NCBI GenBank assembly: GCA_048938005.1
Contig: JBHLMQ010000002.1
Location: forward strand, 96,001-160,000
Origin: Promethearchaeota archaeon
GTDB taxonomy: Archaea > Asgardarchaeota > Lokiarchaeia > Sigyniarchaeales > SOKP01
Length of the DNA stretch: 64,000 bases
Direction: 5' to 3'
In this document: positions 50,758-61,148 of the stretch, in pieces
How positions within the stretch are numbered: the first letter of the stretch is position 1
Layout: each line of letters starts with the position of its first letter
Notes under the pieces: generated by a model
What the model saw: the letters and a program-made list of their open reading frames with translations, nothing else
Database searches by the model: none
What the model was told of the DNA's origin: nothing
Program-made: the position numbers and the translations under genes

Positions 50758-51918
50758 ATGAATAAGAAAAGAAGAAATCACATTTTCCGCATAATTTTAC
50801 TGATGTTTGTCTCCTATTCAGTTTTTCATTATATAACGTTTGGTTTTTATATTAAGACAGAGAGGAATTTATTTACTGGAAATATTGCACACAAAGTAAT
50901 TCCAAAAGAAAATCCAAGCTGGGATATAACGCCTTTAATAATTGATAGTAATTTTGCATGGGAATCTTTAACAAGCTATTCCTGGTGTTCTGGAAATGGT
51001 ACTTTAACTGATCCATATATTATTGAAAATATTACGATTAACGGTTTAAATTCTGGTATATGTCTTTCAATCACATCTACAACTGTCTATTTTATTGTTA
51101 AAAATAGTCGATTTTATAACGCTGGTACAGGTTTTGGAGATTGTGGAATAAAAATTGACTTTGTTATTAATGGAAAATTAATCAATAATAATTGTTCTGG
51201 TGGCAATTATGATGGTATCTATATAATTCGTTCTTCAAATATTAAGATTTCCAATAATAACGCAAGTTATAATGAATATAATGGGATTAATATAATATGG
51301 AGCACAAACATTACAGTATCAGATAATGAAATGAATCACAATGGTAATTCTGGTATTGCCTTAAATGGTTATAGCGATTATAACATATCAAATAATATAA
51401 TAATATATAATGATGAGGTCGGGCTTGAAGTGAGGGATGTTGATAATAGTACGTTTGTTGAAAACAGTATATCTAATAATGATGATTATGCATTCCACTT
51501 TACCCACTGCAACAATAGTAAAATTTTTGAAAATGTAATGAATAATCAGACATGGGGAATTATATCATGGTTTTCCCATTTCAATAATATCTCACTGAAT
51601 AATATAAAAAAAAGTGAATGTGGTGTACACCTTAGTGGGAGTAATAATAATACGATTTCATATAATTCATTAAGTAATAATCGTATAGGGATAGAATTAT
51701 CTAACAGTCACTATAATACGATTTCTCACAATTACCTTAAATGTCATTATGAATGTTTTATTGAATATGATTGTATAGATAATATTTTTGTAGATAATGT
51801 TTGTGAACCATGCACCGCTGCTATTCCTGGATATGATATTTGCTTTTTTTATACAATTATCTTTATAACCACTCTTAGTATAATTATGAAAGTTAAATAT
51901 AGAGGAAGAGAAAATTAA
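50758..51918 (+). CDS. Surface protein with right-handed beta-helix (NosD/CASH) repeats and PGF/Loki-CTERM-like tail
   Basis: GNGTLTDPYIIENI, repeated NNxxxxNxxGI, IPGYD + TM + basic tail; GAGGAGGTG RBS. Confidence 0.85.
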   Translation: MNKKRRNHIFRIILLMFVSYSVFHYITFGFYIKTERNLFTGNIAHKVIPKENPSWDITPLIIDSNFAWESLTSYSWCSGNGTLTDPYIIENITINGLNSGICLSITSTTVYFIVKNSRFYNAGTGFGDCGIKIDFVINGKLINNNCSGGNYDGIYIIRSSNIKISNNNASYNEYNGINIIWSTNITVSDNEMNHNGNSGIALNGYSDYNISNNIIIYNDEVGLEVRDVDNSTFVENSISNNDDYAFHFTHCNNSKIFENVMNNQTWGIISWFSHFNNISLNNIKKSECGVHLSGSNNNTISYNSLSNNRIGIELSNSHYNTISHNYLKCHYECFIEYDCIDNIFVDNVCEPCTAAIPGYDICFFYTIIFITTLSIIMKVKYRGREN

Positions 51919-52142
51919 AAAAATTAAAATACATATCAAAGCAGATTCAAATTCAAAAAATCACTGAGATCCTCAATATATAATTTCCTTCTTTTTAATA
52001 TCTGGCCTTGTATTTTTGGCTTTTTTTAATATAACTGAAAATTTAAGAATTCTTTTACAAGCTTAATAAATTTTTTAATAGATTGAAGATTACGGTTCAT
52101 TATATAAGTAGAATGATAAACAAGATTGAAATCAGAACAAAA

Positions 52143-53342
52143 ATGGAGATTAGAAAACTTACTGAAGAAGACCGTGAAGCTTATGGCAAATTAGCTCGAT
52201 ATGCGTTTCAGACGTCGAAAAATACCTATGAGAATTTAGAATGGCCAATAAAATCAAGACCTATGGATCAATTTTATGGTGCTTTTGATAATGATTTAAT
52301 GATTGCTGGATGTGGGATAAATCCTTTTGAAATTAAATTTCGATCCATACCTTTAAAAATGGGAGGAATAGATGGTGTTGCGACGAAACCAGAATATCGC
52401 AATCGTGGTATTGTGAGAGAAATTTTTAAAAGAATGTTCCATGATATGAATGAAAATCAAATACCGATTTCAGTACTTTATCCCTTTAAAATTGCTTTTT
52501 ATGAGGAGTTAGGATATAAAACTGTTGATGAGCAGATCTTTTATCAATTTGAAATTTCGGATATCAAATATAAAGAAACTAAATATTACATGAAAGAGAA
52601 TGAAAGAATAAATGAAGATATTATCCAAGTATACAATGAAGTAATAGAAAAATATGATTATATTGCGAAACGAGCCGAAATGCAGTGGAAAAGATTTTAT
52701 AAAGAGAACTTTAAATTCATATGTTATAACGGAGATCAACCTGTTGGTTATGTAATTTTATTCTTTCCTAAAAAAACTACTGAATCAATTTTTCTTCAAA
52801 ACATTCAACACCTTGAGAGAACGATATTCGTTATGGAAGCATTTTGGCTTAATCATATGGCTAAGCAAACAATTATTAATTTTTTATGGACTCATAGAGA
52901 TCAGCGAGAATATATAGCGGGATATTTTCCTGTCAATGAAAATATAATAGATCTATTAATTTCGCATAGGATTTTAAATCGTAAAATAGTAGGAAATTCT
53001 CTATTAAGAATAATAAATGTAAAGAGTGTTTTAAGAAATCTAGAATATCCCCTCAATAATTTTTCAATATCGCTTCATATTCACGATAAATTCTGTCCTT
53101 GGAATAACGGATTTTTCTCCTTGACTTCAAATGATGCAATAATAAATGTAGAATTTAAAGAGGCATCAGAAGAATCTGTTGATATTGAAATTGATATTAG
53201 CTATTTAGCACAATTACTAGTAGGATTTAGAACAGTTAAAGAACTATTAGAATTCGGTTTAATATCAATAAACCAAGAAAAATTTGAAATACTACAAAAT
53301 CTTTTTCCTAAAATGAATAATTATTTCAAGGATTTTTTCTAA
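52143..53342 (+). CDS. Eis-like GNAT acetyltransferase (GNAT + SCP2-like)
   Basis: GGIDGVATKPEYRNRG, SVLYPF..FYEELGY, DKFCPWNNG; ATG at 52143 preferred. Confidence 0.88.
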   Translation: MEIRKLTEEDREAYGKLARYAFQTSKNTYENLEWPIKSRPMDQFYGAFDNDLMIAGCGINPFEIKFRSIPLKMGGIDGVATKPEYRNRGIVREIFKRMFHDMNENQIPISVLYPFKIAFYEELGYKTVDEQIFYQFEISDIKYKETKYYMKENERINEDIIQVYNEVIEKYDYIAKRAEMQWKRFYKENFKFICYNGDQPVGYVILFFPKKTTESIFLQNIQHLERTIFVMEAFWLNHMAKQTIINFLWTHRDQREYIAGYFPVNENIIDLLISHRILNRKIVGNSLLRIINVKSVLRNLEYPLNNFSISLHIHDKFCPWNNGFFSLTSNDAIINVEFKEASEESVDIEIDISYLAQLLVGFRTVKELLEFGLISINQEKFEILQNLFPKMNNYFKDFF

Positions 53343-53451
53343 AGAAAATCTCTAAGATTAATAAATTTAAAATTTAGCATATAAACACTTTACATAAAGC
53401 TTTTTAAACAATGTAATTTCACTTATATTCATCAATTAAATCTAATTAAAA

Positions 53452-54864
53452 GTGATTTATATGTCAAAAGAAGATAATGATGTAAAAATTCCTTCTGAAA
53501 TTCTAACTAGTGAAGAAGTAGAATATGAAACTACAACTTCAAGACGAAATATATTCTTTTGGGCGATGTATGACCTCGCAAACACGATTTACTCTATGGT
53601 AATTGTGAGTTTAATTATTAATCGTTATGTGCTGGTGATTGGACAAGTACAATATGGAATGTCTTATGGTGGTGTTAGCTTTCTCTATGGTACAGTTTCC
53701 TTGATTATGCAGTTAGGTGTAGCTATTTGTGTGCCAATTTTAGGAGCGCTCAGTGATAATGTAGGTAAGCGTAAACCTTTCGTTATAAGTTTAACAGGTA
53801 TTATCCTTCTTTTTGCGAGTTTACTTGGATTTTTCCAGGATAATATTACAATTGTTTTGATGTTTTACGTTATTGCGAATGTTGCATTTCAATTTAGTTT
53901 GGTTTTTTATGATGCTATGCTTCCATTCATTGCTAAAAGAGAAGATATTGGAAAGGTTGCAGGATTTGGAGTTGCTTGGGGTTACTTTGGGACAATACTT
54001 TCTCTCTTTATCATGTACCCTCTAATAGTTTTATTGGGTGATATGGTATCGGATCCTACTCAGGGAACTCCAACTTATGGCTATACAGGCAATTGGTTAC
54101 CGTTTGTTTTACCAATGTATTTATTTTTAATTTGTGCTATTCCCTTTCTCTATGTTCGTGAAAAGCAGAAAAAGGGCAAAAGACCTCCTATCGGCAAGTT
54201 AATTGGTAATACTTTTAAACAGTTAAAGGGAACATTTAAGGATATTAGAAAACATAAATCAATGTTTATCTTTATTATAGGTTATTTCTTTGTTGCTGAT
54301 ATTGCTAATGTTATAGTTCTTTATATGACACCAATAGTTACTGATGGTTTAATTATTGCTGGTGGATCAACATTATTTGCAATACTCTTTATAATAATTT
54401 CTACATTTTCTGCTGTTGCCTTCACTTATTTTGTCGGAAAATTTGGTCAAAAATATGGAGCAAAAAATACATTTTACCTTGTAGGCGCTTTGTGGGGAAT
54501 TTCATTAATTATCGGCATAATATTAGTATTTTTTACAGATGGTATTGATGTTGGTGCAAATCTCCCTTTTATAATGAGTATAATCATGGGTGTGGTAGCA
54601 GGCCCCGCATTAGGAGGAACATGGACAGCACAACGAATCATGGTGGTAGAACTTGCCCCTAAAGAAAAATTTGGAGAATTTTTTGGCTTTTCTAAGTTAA
54701 GTGGAAAACTTTCTTCAGCAATAGGTCCATTTATTTGGGGGGCTGTTATGTTAACTTTTGATATAATAGGTAAAGTTGCTTATGGTTTGGCGATGATCTC
54801 TGTTGGAATTATAATGGGAATTGGAATAGTGATAATATCCTTTGTAAAGACAAATCAATCTTAA
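53452..54864 (+). CDS. MFS transporter (UMF1/Atg22-like)
   Basis: WAMYDLAN, PILGALSDNVGKRK, FYDAML, GEFFG..GKLSSAIGP. Confidence 0.88.
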   Translation: MIYMSKEDNDVKIPSEILTSEEVEYETTTSRRNIFFWAMYDLANTIYSMVIVSLIINRYVLVIGQVQYGMSYGGVSFLYGTVSLIMQLGVAICVPILGALSDNVGKRKPFVISLTGIILLFASLLGFFQDNITIVLMFYVIANVAFQFSLVFYDAMLPFIAKREDIGKVAGFGVAWGYFGTILSLFIMYPLIVLLGDMVSDPTQGTPTYGYTGNWLPFVLPMYLFLICAIPFLYVREKQKKGKRPPIGKLIGNTFKQLKGTFKDIRKHKSMFIFIIGYFFVADIANVIVLYMTPIVTDGLIIAGGSTLFAILFIIISTFSAVAFTYFVGKFGQKYGAKNTFYLVGALWGISLIIGIILVFFTDGIDVGANLPFIMSIIMGVVAGPALGGTWTAQRIMVVELAPKEKFGEFFGFSKLSGKLSSAIGPFIWGAVMLTFDIIGKVAYGLAMISVGIIMGIGIVIISFVKTNQS

Positions 54865-55021
54865 ATTTATTACTAGATTTTCTTTTTTTTTATTTTTAAT
54901 AGAATTGTATCTTTTTTTTTGGTTTGAAATTTACATCTAAGCTTTATTTTTCTATCAAAAAAATCAGTTACTTTTTATATTTTGATTAAGATAACCATAA
55001 AAAGAGTTATCCAGATGTATT

Positions 55022-55333
55022 TTGAATTCTAAGATTATTGAAAGGAAGGTAGAAAATTTCTTGAGTAAACTGTTTAAATCCAATGAGTCTCTTAATAAAG
55101 AGTACTATCAAAAAAAGAAATTTATTTTACTTTCTAAACTCGTAGCAGACTTATTCAATAGCAAAAATTCACGAGTTTGCTTTAATAATATTTCAAGCTT
55201 GATAATATTAATTTTGAATATTTATAATGAACAGTTTCCAGTAGATATTTATTCAAGCGTAAAAGAAAATTCACTAAAAGAACATAATTCCAAATACAAA
55301 CAAATTTTGAAGGAAGAATTCCTCCTTGAATAA
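55022..55333 (+). CDS. Small protein, DIY..KE..IL..EF family (copy 2, divergent)
   Basis: NISSLII..PVDIYS..LKEHNSKYKQILKEEFLLE. Confidence 0.65.
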   Translation: MNSKIIERKVENFLSKLFKSNESLNKEYYQKKKFILLSKLVADLFNSKNSRVCFNNISSLIILILNIYNEQFPVDIYSSVKENSLKEHNSKYKQILKEEFLLE

Positions 55334-55432
55334 TAACTATTCTTAGATTTATCACTAAATCTGTCGAGACTTCCAATTTAAATGAACAAGATTTTATTGA
55401 GATATTAAAGAGAATTCAGTGTGAGATGAAAA

Positions 55433-55651
55433 ATGGGATTAAATGTATTAAATAAAAAATTTCAGGTTAGTGAAAATGAAATTGAACTTTCCGAAGATCA
55501 TATTAATATCTCAAATTTAATTATCCCTTTCTCATTAGTATTTAAAGAATATACCCCACCTGATATCTATAATGGAGAGGAAACTATCCCTTTTAAGGAA
55601 CGAGACTCAAAATTTCAACAAATTCTATTAAATGAGTTTCTATTAGATTAA
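55433..55651 (+). CDS. Small protein, DIY..PFKERD..IL..EF family (copy 3)
   Basis: NISNLIIPFSLVFK..PPDIYNGEETIPFKERDSKFQQILLNEFLLD. Confidence 0.7.
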   Translation: MGLNVLNKKFQVSENEIELSEDHINISNLIIPFSLVFKEYTPPDIYNGEETIPFKERDSKFQQILLNEFLLD

Positions 55652-55754
55652 AAACTCCATGAGAATTCTTGCTTATTTATTTTAATAAATATAAATATGA
55701 CTTTGGATCTATATAATTTTAAGAACTGATTTTAAAATTAATAGATGAGATATC

Positions 55755-56384
55755 ATGGAAAAAGTAGATAAAATATATGAAAAAGTTCATACAAGTTATT
55801 TTGCTTTTATTGGGCTTATAATATTTTTCATTGGACTTATACCTGCTATGATAGTACACCCAGGTTTTAATTTCTTTGTTACTCACGTTAGTTATTTAGG
55901 AGGCCCAACAAATAGTCTCTACATATTTTTTAATGTTTGTTGGTTTATTACAGCCATTTTCATAATACTCTTTTTACTAGGATTTACACGATTTTTACAG
56001 GAAAAAGGTATTGGCGTTAAAAAAGCGTGGATTGCATTTGCCTTTGGTGTGTTATCAGTAATAGGAATTATGGGTATGGCAATATTTAATACAGAGGAGG
56101 CTTTCAATCTTCATTACATTTTTGAATTAATTTTCTTCTTCATGGGAATACTATATTTATTTTCTTATTTTTATATCGAATGGAAATCTCCAGAATTTTC
56201 AAAAATACAATCGATATTCAATTTAATAGTAGTTTTCTTTTTTATCCTGTACTTAATTTTGCTAATTGTAAATAGAGTGTTACATGATGTACTTCCTGAA
56301 GCACAGACCTTAACAGAATGGCTATTTCTTTTTGCAAACTTATTTTGGTTCTTTGAAAATGGAATTCTTGTCTTGAAAAAATAG
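55755..56384 (+). CDS. DUF998 / Frag1-DRAM-Sfk1-like membrane protein
   Basis: VSYLG, LH..FF, TEW pattern; about 6 TM. Confidence 0.65.
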   Translation: MEKVDKIYEKVHTSYFAFIGLIIFFIGLIPAMIVHPGFNFFVTHVSYLGGPTNSLYIFFNVCWFITAIFIILFLLGFTRFLQEKGIGVKKAWIAFAFGVLSVIGIMGMAIFNTEEAFNLHYIFELIFFFMGILYLFSYFYIEWKSPEFSKIQSIFNLIVVFFFILYLILLIVNRVLHDVLPEAQTLTEWLFLFANLFWFFENGILVLKK

Positions 56385-56408
56385 TATAAAATTTCTTTTT
56401 TTTTTTAA

Positions 56409-56723
56409 TTATTTTTCAATTGGCATAGTTTTATGTGGAAACACAAAAACATTTTGGCACATAGGACATGCATTATATTTTAGCAACCAAGAGGATACAC
56501 ATGTAGAATGATACATGCTTCCACAATAAGAACAACTAATAATTTCATGCCTATTTGGATCAACCATTTTATGACAAATTATACATTGAACTTTCTTCAT
56601 CAACTTTTCTTTATTATTCTTTAATTTACTACCACAAAAGCAGCAAAAATTAGTCTCATACTTATTAGATTTAGGTAATCTTTTCCCACAATAAGGACAA
56701 AAATTATAATTTCTCTCAGACAA
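56409..56723 (-). CDS. Zn-ribbon + RING finger protein (putative E3 ligase)
   Basis: FCPYCG..FCCFCG; CIIC..CSYC..YHSTCVSSWL..CPMC. Confidence 0.85.
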   Translation of the reverse strand: MSERNYNFCPYCGKRLPKSNKYETNFCCFCGSKLKNNKEKLMKKVQCIICHKMVDPNRHEIISCSYCGSMYHSTCVSSWLLKYNACPMCQNVFVFPHKTMPIEK

Positions 56724-56822
56724 ATATTTTTCACTAAAGATAAGATGTTTATTTCTTAGTAAGTAGAAATAAAAATAGTAATAAAATGATCTTTAGTCCA
56801 ATTTTTAACTGAAGTCTAAGAA

Positions 56823-57611
56823 TTATTTGTGTTTTTGAATAAATTCTTTCAATGGAGTAGTGTATTCCTCCTTAAATGAAAAAATATTATTATGGCCCGC
56901 ACCCTCAATTAGAACTAATTTCTTTTCAATTCCTTCAGGTACATTTTCATATATTAGCTTTCCTTCTTCGAATGGAATAATCCAATCTTGAGTACCATGA
57001 ATCACTAATACCGGTTTTTGAAATTTTTTAATTCTTGTATCATTTGAATATTCTCTTAATCCTTCAGGTGTGATAGCTGGTCCGCTGACTCTAAACAATC
57101 TTGTCATCATATTATACATACTTGCGAATCCACTTTCAAAAATTATCCCTCGTAAACTATTTGGATTATGAGCACCAATTTCTGAAGCACAAGCGCTACC
57201 AAGTGAACGTCCCAATAAAAATAAAGAATCCCTTAAATTGTTTTCAATCAGCCAATTATAAAACTCGTCATAAATTGGCATTGCATCAGTAATTAGACTA
57301 CTATAGATTGGTTCTCCTGTACTGAATCCATAACCACGAAAGTCAACCACAGCTAAATTTACTCCACAATCAAAAAAGAAATCTAAAAAATATTGGTAAT
57401 CCGCGGCAATCTCCCCATTCCCATGAAACAATAAGATTGATGGAAAATTTTCATCATTTAAATAGAAAAATCCCCCAATCAAGATGTTTTTTTTAATTTT
57501 GAATTTTAATACTTTAATATATGAGTCTAAAATAGTTGGTTCACGAATTTTTCGAGGAAAAAAAACAACATTAGAAACTGCAGGATTATCAATAAATGAT
57601 TTTTTTACCAT
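56823..57611 (-). CDS. Alpha/beta hydrolase (BEM46/ABHD13/17-like)
   Basis: FHGNGE, DFRGYGFS, GRSLGS, HGTQD, AGHNN. Confidence 0.9.
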   Translation of the reverse strand: MVKKSFIDNPAVSNVVFFPRKIREPTILDSYIKVLKFKIKKNILIGGFFYLNDENFPSILLFHGNGEIAADYQYFLDFFFDCGVNLAVVDFRGYGFSTGEPIYSSLITDAMPIYDEFYNWLIENNLRDSLFLLGRSLGSACASEIGAHNPNSLRGIIFESGFASMYNMMTRLFRVSGPAITPEGLREYSNDTRIKKFQKPVLVIHGTQDWIIPFEEGKLIYENVPEGIEKKLVLIEGAGHNNIFSFKEEYTTPLKEFIQKHK

Positions 57612-57776
57612 ATTAGAAAACCTCTCATTATATCCTTATAAAATTGGTCTAATGTTTATATTTTTTGTTGAAAAAATGTTTTCATAAAAATAGAAACTTT
57701 TAAATAAAATTGATATAAGGATTTACTTACCTTTAAATCCAATTTTTAAAAACATAAAACGAGGTAATAATTAATT

Positions 57777-58085
57777 ATGGGAATTTTTATGGTAACTATT
57801 TGGGTTCCAAACCATAAAGGAGTAGAAATGGCAAAATTGTATTTGAAACAACCAAGAGAAATACCTTATGTAACAAAATGGCGAGTTTATAATACAGCAG
57901 GAGGAGTAGATGGTGCTAAACAATACCACATAATTTATACAGAAAGGGGAAAAGCAGAAGAGGCTGCAGAGGGGGTTATGAAATATTTTATGCCATTTTC
58001 TAACGAGATTGAAGGATTCCGTTGGCAGGTTGAGAGTTTAATGGGAGTATCCGATACCTATAGAATGCTTGGAATGAAGTGGTAG
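57777..58085 (+). CDS. Hypothetical protein
   Basis: 102-aa ORF with GAGGT RBS. Confidence 0.7.
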   Translation: MGIFMVTIWVPNHKGVEMAKLYLKQPREIPYVTKWRVYNTAGGVDGAKQYHIIYTERGKAEEAAEGVMKYFMPFSNEIEGFRWQVESLMGVSDTYRMLGMKW

Positions 58086-58091
58086 TTAAAA

Positions 58092-59033
58092 TCAACTATT
58101 AATTTTTTTTTTTATAAATAAATAATTTCTACTTTTTGATATCTTTTTCTTATAAAATGTTATTAGGATTACACTACTTAACAAAAATAATACAAGAAAT
58201 ACGATGAATGAAGAGCTAATTATAGGTTGTGTTTGTCCATTTGTACAAACTTCATAACCCTGGTCGATCCATGCAGTGATACCTCCAAGCATATTGTAGA
58301 CTTTGGTAAAGTTATAAGATACAAGGATCTCACTTGCTTGTTGACTTCTATATCCACTTGCGCAATAGACAATTATCTCGGTGTCATTAAAAAGCTGAAG
58401 TTCATTGATTCTTGATTCAAGCTCCCCACGTGGTATTAGAGTAGCATTACAAATATGACTAGAATCATACTCTTCTTGCGTTCTAACATCTAATACAATT
58501 AAATCGGGATAAAAAGTAAAATTATTTATCATACTATATGCTTCTTGAACAGTAATGTCCGTATAAGTTAAAGATTGCGTTGTTTCATTCTCAACAGGAT
58601 ACCCTGTTCCTATCCATGCATTAATGCCCCCAAGCATGTTGTATATTTTTGTGAAATTATGATCATCAGCAAGATTTTGGCTTGCAATTGCACTTCTTGA
58701 TCCTGACATACAATAAACAATTATCTCCGTATTGTTATAAGGGGCAAGTTCATTGATTCTAGAATCGATATCACCAAGTGGGATCAAGGTTGCATTATAT
58801 AAATGGTTTTCGTTATATTCCCATTGTTCTCTAACATCCAATACAAGTAGAGCAGGATATAACGTGTTATTATTAATCATATCATAAGCTGTCTGCACAG
58901 AAATATCAGTATATGATTGGGCCTTGACAAGGACTACTGGTATTTGAGTTATTGATAATGTTAAAAATATCGCAACAGAAAGAATTAATGCATTTTTAGG
59001 CTTAAAAAATCTTAGAGCAAATTTTGAATTCAA
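58092..59033 (-). CDS. Exported tandem rhodanese-domain protein with C-terminal TM anchor
   Basis: Two LDVR..EY..H..YC.SG.RS..MLGGI.AW domains; signal peptide. Confidence 0.88.
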   Translation of the reverse strand: MNSKFALRFFKPKNALILSVAIFLTLSITQIPVVLVKAQSYTDISVQTAYDMINNNTLYPALLVLDVREQWEYNENHLYNATLIPLGDIDSRINELAPYNNTEIIVYCMSGSRSAIASQNLADDHNFTKIYNMLGGINAWIGTGYPVENETTQSLTYTDITVQEAYSMINNFTFYPDLIVLDVRTQEEYDSSHICNATLIPRGELESRINELQLFNDTEIIVYCASGYRSQQASEILVSYNFTKVYNMLGGITAWIDQGYEVCTNGQTQPIISSSFIVFLVLFLLSSVILITFYKKKISKSRNYLFIKKKINS

Positions 59034-59065
59034 TTTTTCGACCTTTACAATTATAATTAATTCAA

Positions 59066-59087
59066 TATTTACATCAAAATGTAAATA
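59066..59087. promoter_or_regulatory. Inverted repeat upstream of the rhodanese gene
   Basis: TATTTACAT-caaa-ATGTAAATA. Confidence 0.45.
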
Positions 59088-59185
59088 AAAGAGAGTATTT
59101 TAAATTGCTTCTTTTTTCAAATAAGCTTCTTACTCCTAAAATTTATTTTAATCAAATAAAAAATATTCAAACAGTTTTAGTTAAA

Positions 59186-59932
59186 TTATTTTACTCTTCC
59201 TTGAGCAGCAACAGCTTCTATTGCTTTTTCAATTTCCTCTTGGTCACCAAGATAATAATGGGTAATTGGTTTCAAATCATCGTCTAACTCATATATAAGA
59301 GGTACTCCAGTAGGAATATTTAACTTAACTACTTCTTCATCAGGCATATTATCAAGATACTTGACAAGTGCTCTTAAACTATTACCATGTGCTGATATCA
59401 AGACTCTTTTACCTGATTTTATAGTTGGAGCAATAGTATCATGCCAATAAGGTAACACTCTTGCAACTGTATCCTTCAAACATTCAGTTAAGGGAATCTC
59501 ATCGGCGTTTAAGTCTGCATATTTTGCCTCATTTCCAGGGAATCTAGGGTCGCTTGTTTTTAGAGCAGGAGGAGGGATATCATAACTTCTTCTCCAAATA
59601 AGCACTTGGTCTTCACCTACTTCAGCTGCCATTTTAGCTTTGAAAAAACCCTGTAAAGCACCATAATGTCTTTCATTTAATCGCCAAGATCGATACACAG
59701 GAATCCACATTAAGTCCATTTCATCTAAAACAATCCATAGAGTTCGAATTCCTCTCTTTAATACTGAGGTGTAAGCTATATCAAAAGTATAGCCTCCCTC
59801 TTTCAATAATTTTGCAGCTTCTTTTGCTTCTTGAATTCCTTTTTCTGAAAGGTCTACATCAGTCCATCCAGTAAATCTATTTTCTTTATTCCAAGTGCTT
59901 TCCCCATGTCTTAAAAGGACTACTTTATACAT
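59186..59932 (-). CDS. gpmA: 2,3-bisphosphoglycerate-dependent phosphoglycerate mutase
   Basis: [40 protein letters not shown]. Confidence 0.96.
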   Translation of the reverse strand: MYKVVLLRHGESTWNKENRFTGWTDVDLSEKGIQEAKEAAKLLKEGGYTFDIAYTSVLKRGIRTLWIVLDEMDLMWIPVYRSWRLNERHYGALQGFFKAKMAAEVGEDQVLIWRRSYDIPPPALKTSDPRFPGNEAKYADLNADEIPLTECLKDTVARVLPYWHDTIAPTIKSGKRVLISAHGNSLRALVKYLDNMPDEEVVKLNIPTGVPLIYELDDDLKPITHYYLGDQEEIEKAIEAVAAQGRVK

Positions 59933-59965
59933 TCCAAATCATTTTCCTAAATTATGGTTATCGTG

Positions 59966-60210
59966 TTATGTAATTATTTTAAAACTTAATATATATCTCT
60001 TTAGTTTTTATTTCATAAAACTATTTTTAAAGAAGAATAAAATTAGAAGAGAGATATTCAATGAAAGAAAGCGGAATTTTAAAAGGAGCTCCTCGATAAG
60101 AGAAAAATTGGAGAAAAATCAAATTTGGTGAACCTTTTAAGGATGCTCTTGATAAATTTAGAGAAGATGTTCAGAATCGAGGTGATTTTGACCCTTTATC
60201 TTTGCTTCAA
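59966..60210 (+). repeat. Diverged direct repeat, copy 1 (promoter + 5' end of the 61625 gene)
   Basis: Aligns to 61530-61774. Confidence 0.9.
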
Positions 60211-60213
60211 TAA
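60061..60213 (+). pseudogene. Truncated 5' fragment homologous to the 61625 gene
   Basis: MKESGILKGAPR*EKNWRKIKFGEPFKDALDKFREDVQNRGDFDPLSLLQ*; CAA->TAA at 60097. Confidence 0.88.
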
Positions 60214-60230
60214 CATTTTTATCCTTTTTG

Positions 60231-61148
60231 TTAGTGATCTATGTTTCTTTTTAGTCGTCTTTTTCTTTTTACTAACAGAATAGTCATTGTAACTATTAAT
60301 GTCACTGAAACGCTTATTCCCGCAATTATTAAGATATTAATATCAAATGGGAATAATCTACCATTATAAATTATCCCAACTTGCAGAACATTTGATCTTT
60401 CATTATTCCAATCCCAGATATAAATTCTACCATTACCAATATCTGTTATTTTACACCGGTCTTCAGAGATACCATTAGTATATTCTCTATATGAATTAGG
60501 TATTTTTCCACTTACCTTAAATTCAATGTGTTCTGTTAAGTTCCCTTCCCATGCTCGTGCGGTTCCTATATCGTAATTTATAGAAAATTGATCACTGTGA
60601 TATAGAGGATTTGATATAGCACCATTAAATTTATATCTAATAATTTTCGTACTGTTTTTTGAGAGAGTCATATTACACACAATTATAACAGGACTACGTG
60701 AAGAATACACATTCGATAAAAAATCCCAAATTAATGAAGAAATGTTATAATTAAGCTCATAAATTTCGACTATTTCAAAAGGTATAGTTGAACCATTTAA
60801 CTGAACATCGCAACTGGAATTTACTACTTTAAAATCTAGTGCAAATGGAGCATATAAAGTGATATTAGCATCAATATTTGGATTAAATATAGTATAATTT
60901 CCATCGAAATTTACACCAATATTATTGTAATAATTTGTAGAATCTATATTGAAAACCACATTAGCATTAAGAAGATTTAAAGAAATATTATAAGGAATTA
61001 TTCCTGCCGCAAAATAATCTTCTGGTAGTGGTAACGGATTAGGGTGAACCTTTGGAATTAAAAAATTAAAATTCATTACATTTGTAAAAATAATAATCAC
61101 TAGTAAAACTACTTTAAATTTTTTCACTATTAAACCCTCTTTAATCAT
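60231..61148 (-). CDS. Exported protein with C-terminal TM anchor
   Basis: Signal peptide, NP start of mature chain, YDIGTARAWEG, TM + KRKRR. Confidence 0.72.
   Translation of the reverse strand: MIKEGLIVKKFKVVLLVIIIFTNVMNFNFLIPKVHPNPLPLPEDYFAAGIIPYNISLNLLNANVVFNIDSTNYYNNIGVNFDGNYTIFNPNIDANITLYAPFALDFKVVNSSCDVQLNGSTIPFEIVEIYELNYNISSLIWDFLSNVYSSRSPVIIVCNMTLSKNSTKIIRYKFNGAISNPLYHSDQFSINYDIGTARAWEGNLTEHIEFKVSGKIPNSYREYTNGISEDRCKITDIGNGRIYIWDWNNERSNVLQVGIIYNGRLFPFDINILIIAGISVSVTLIVTMTILLVKRKRRLKRNIDH

Noticed and set aside
53452-56384. Atg22-like MFS plus DRAM-like protein as an autophagy cluster
   Set aside because: Both families are widespread in prokaryotes; the names are coincidental
59895-60131. 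78-aa ORF across the gpmA start
   Set aside because: Out-of-frame read through a promoter and the pseudogene fragment
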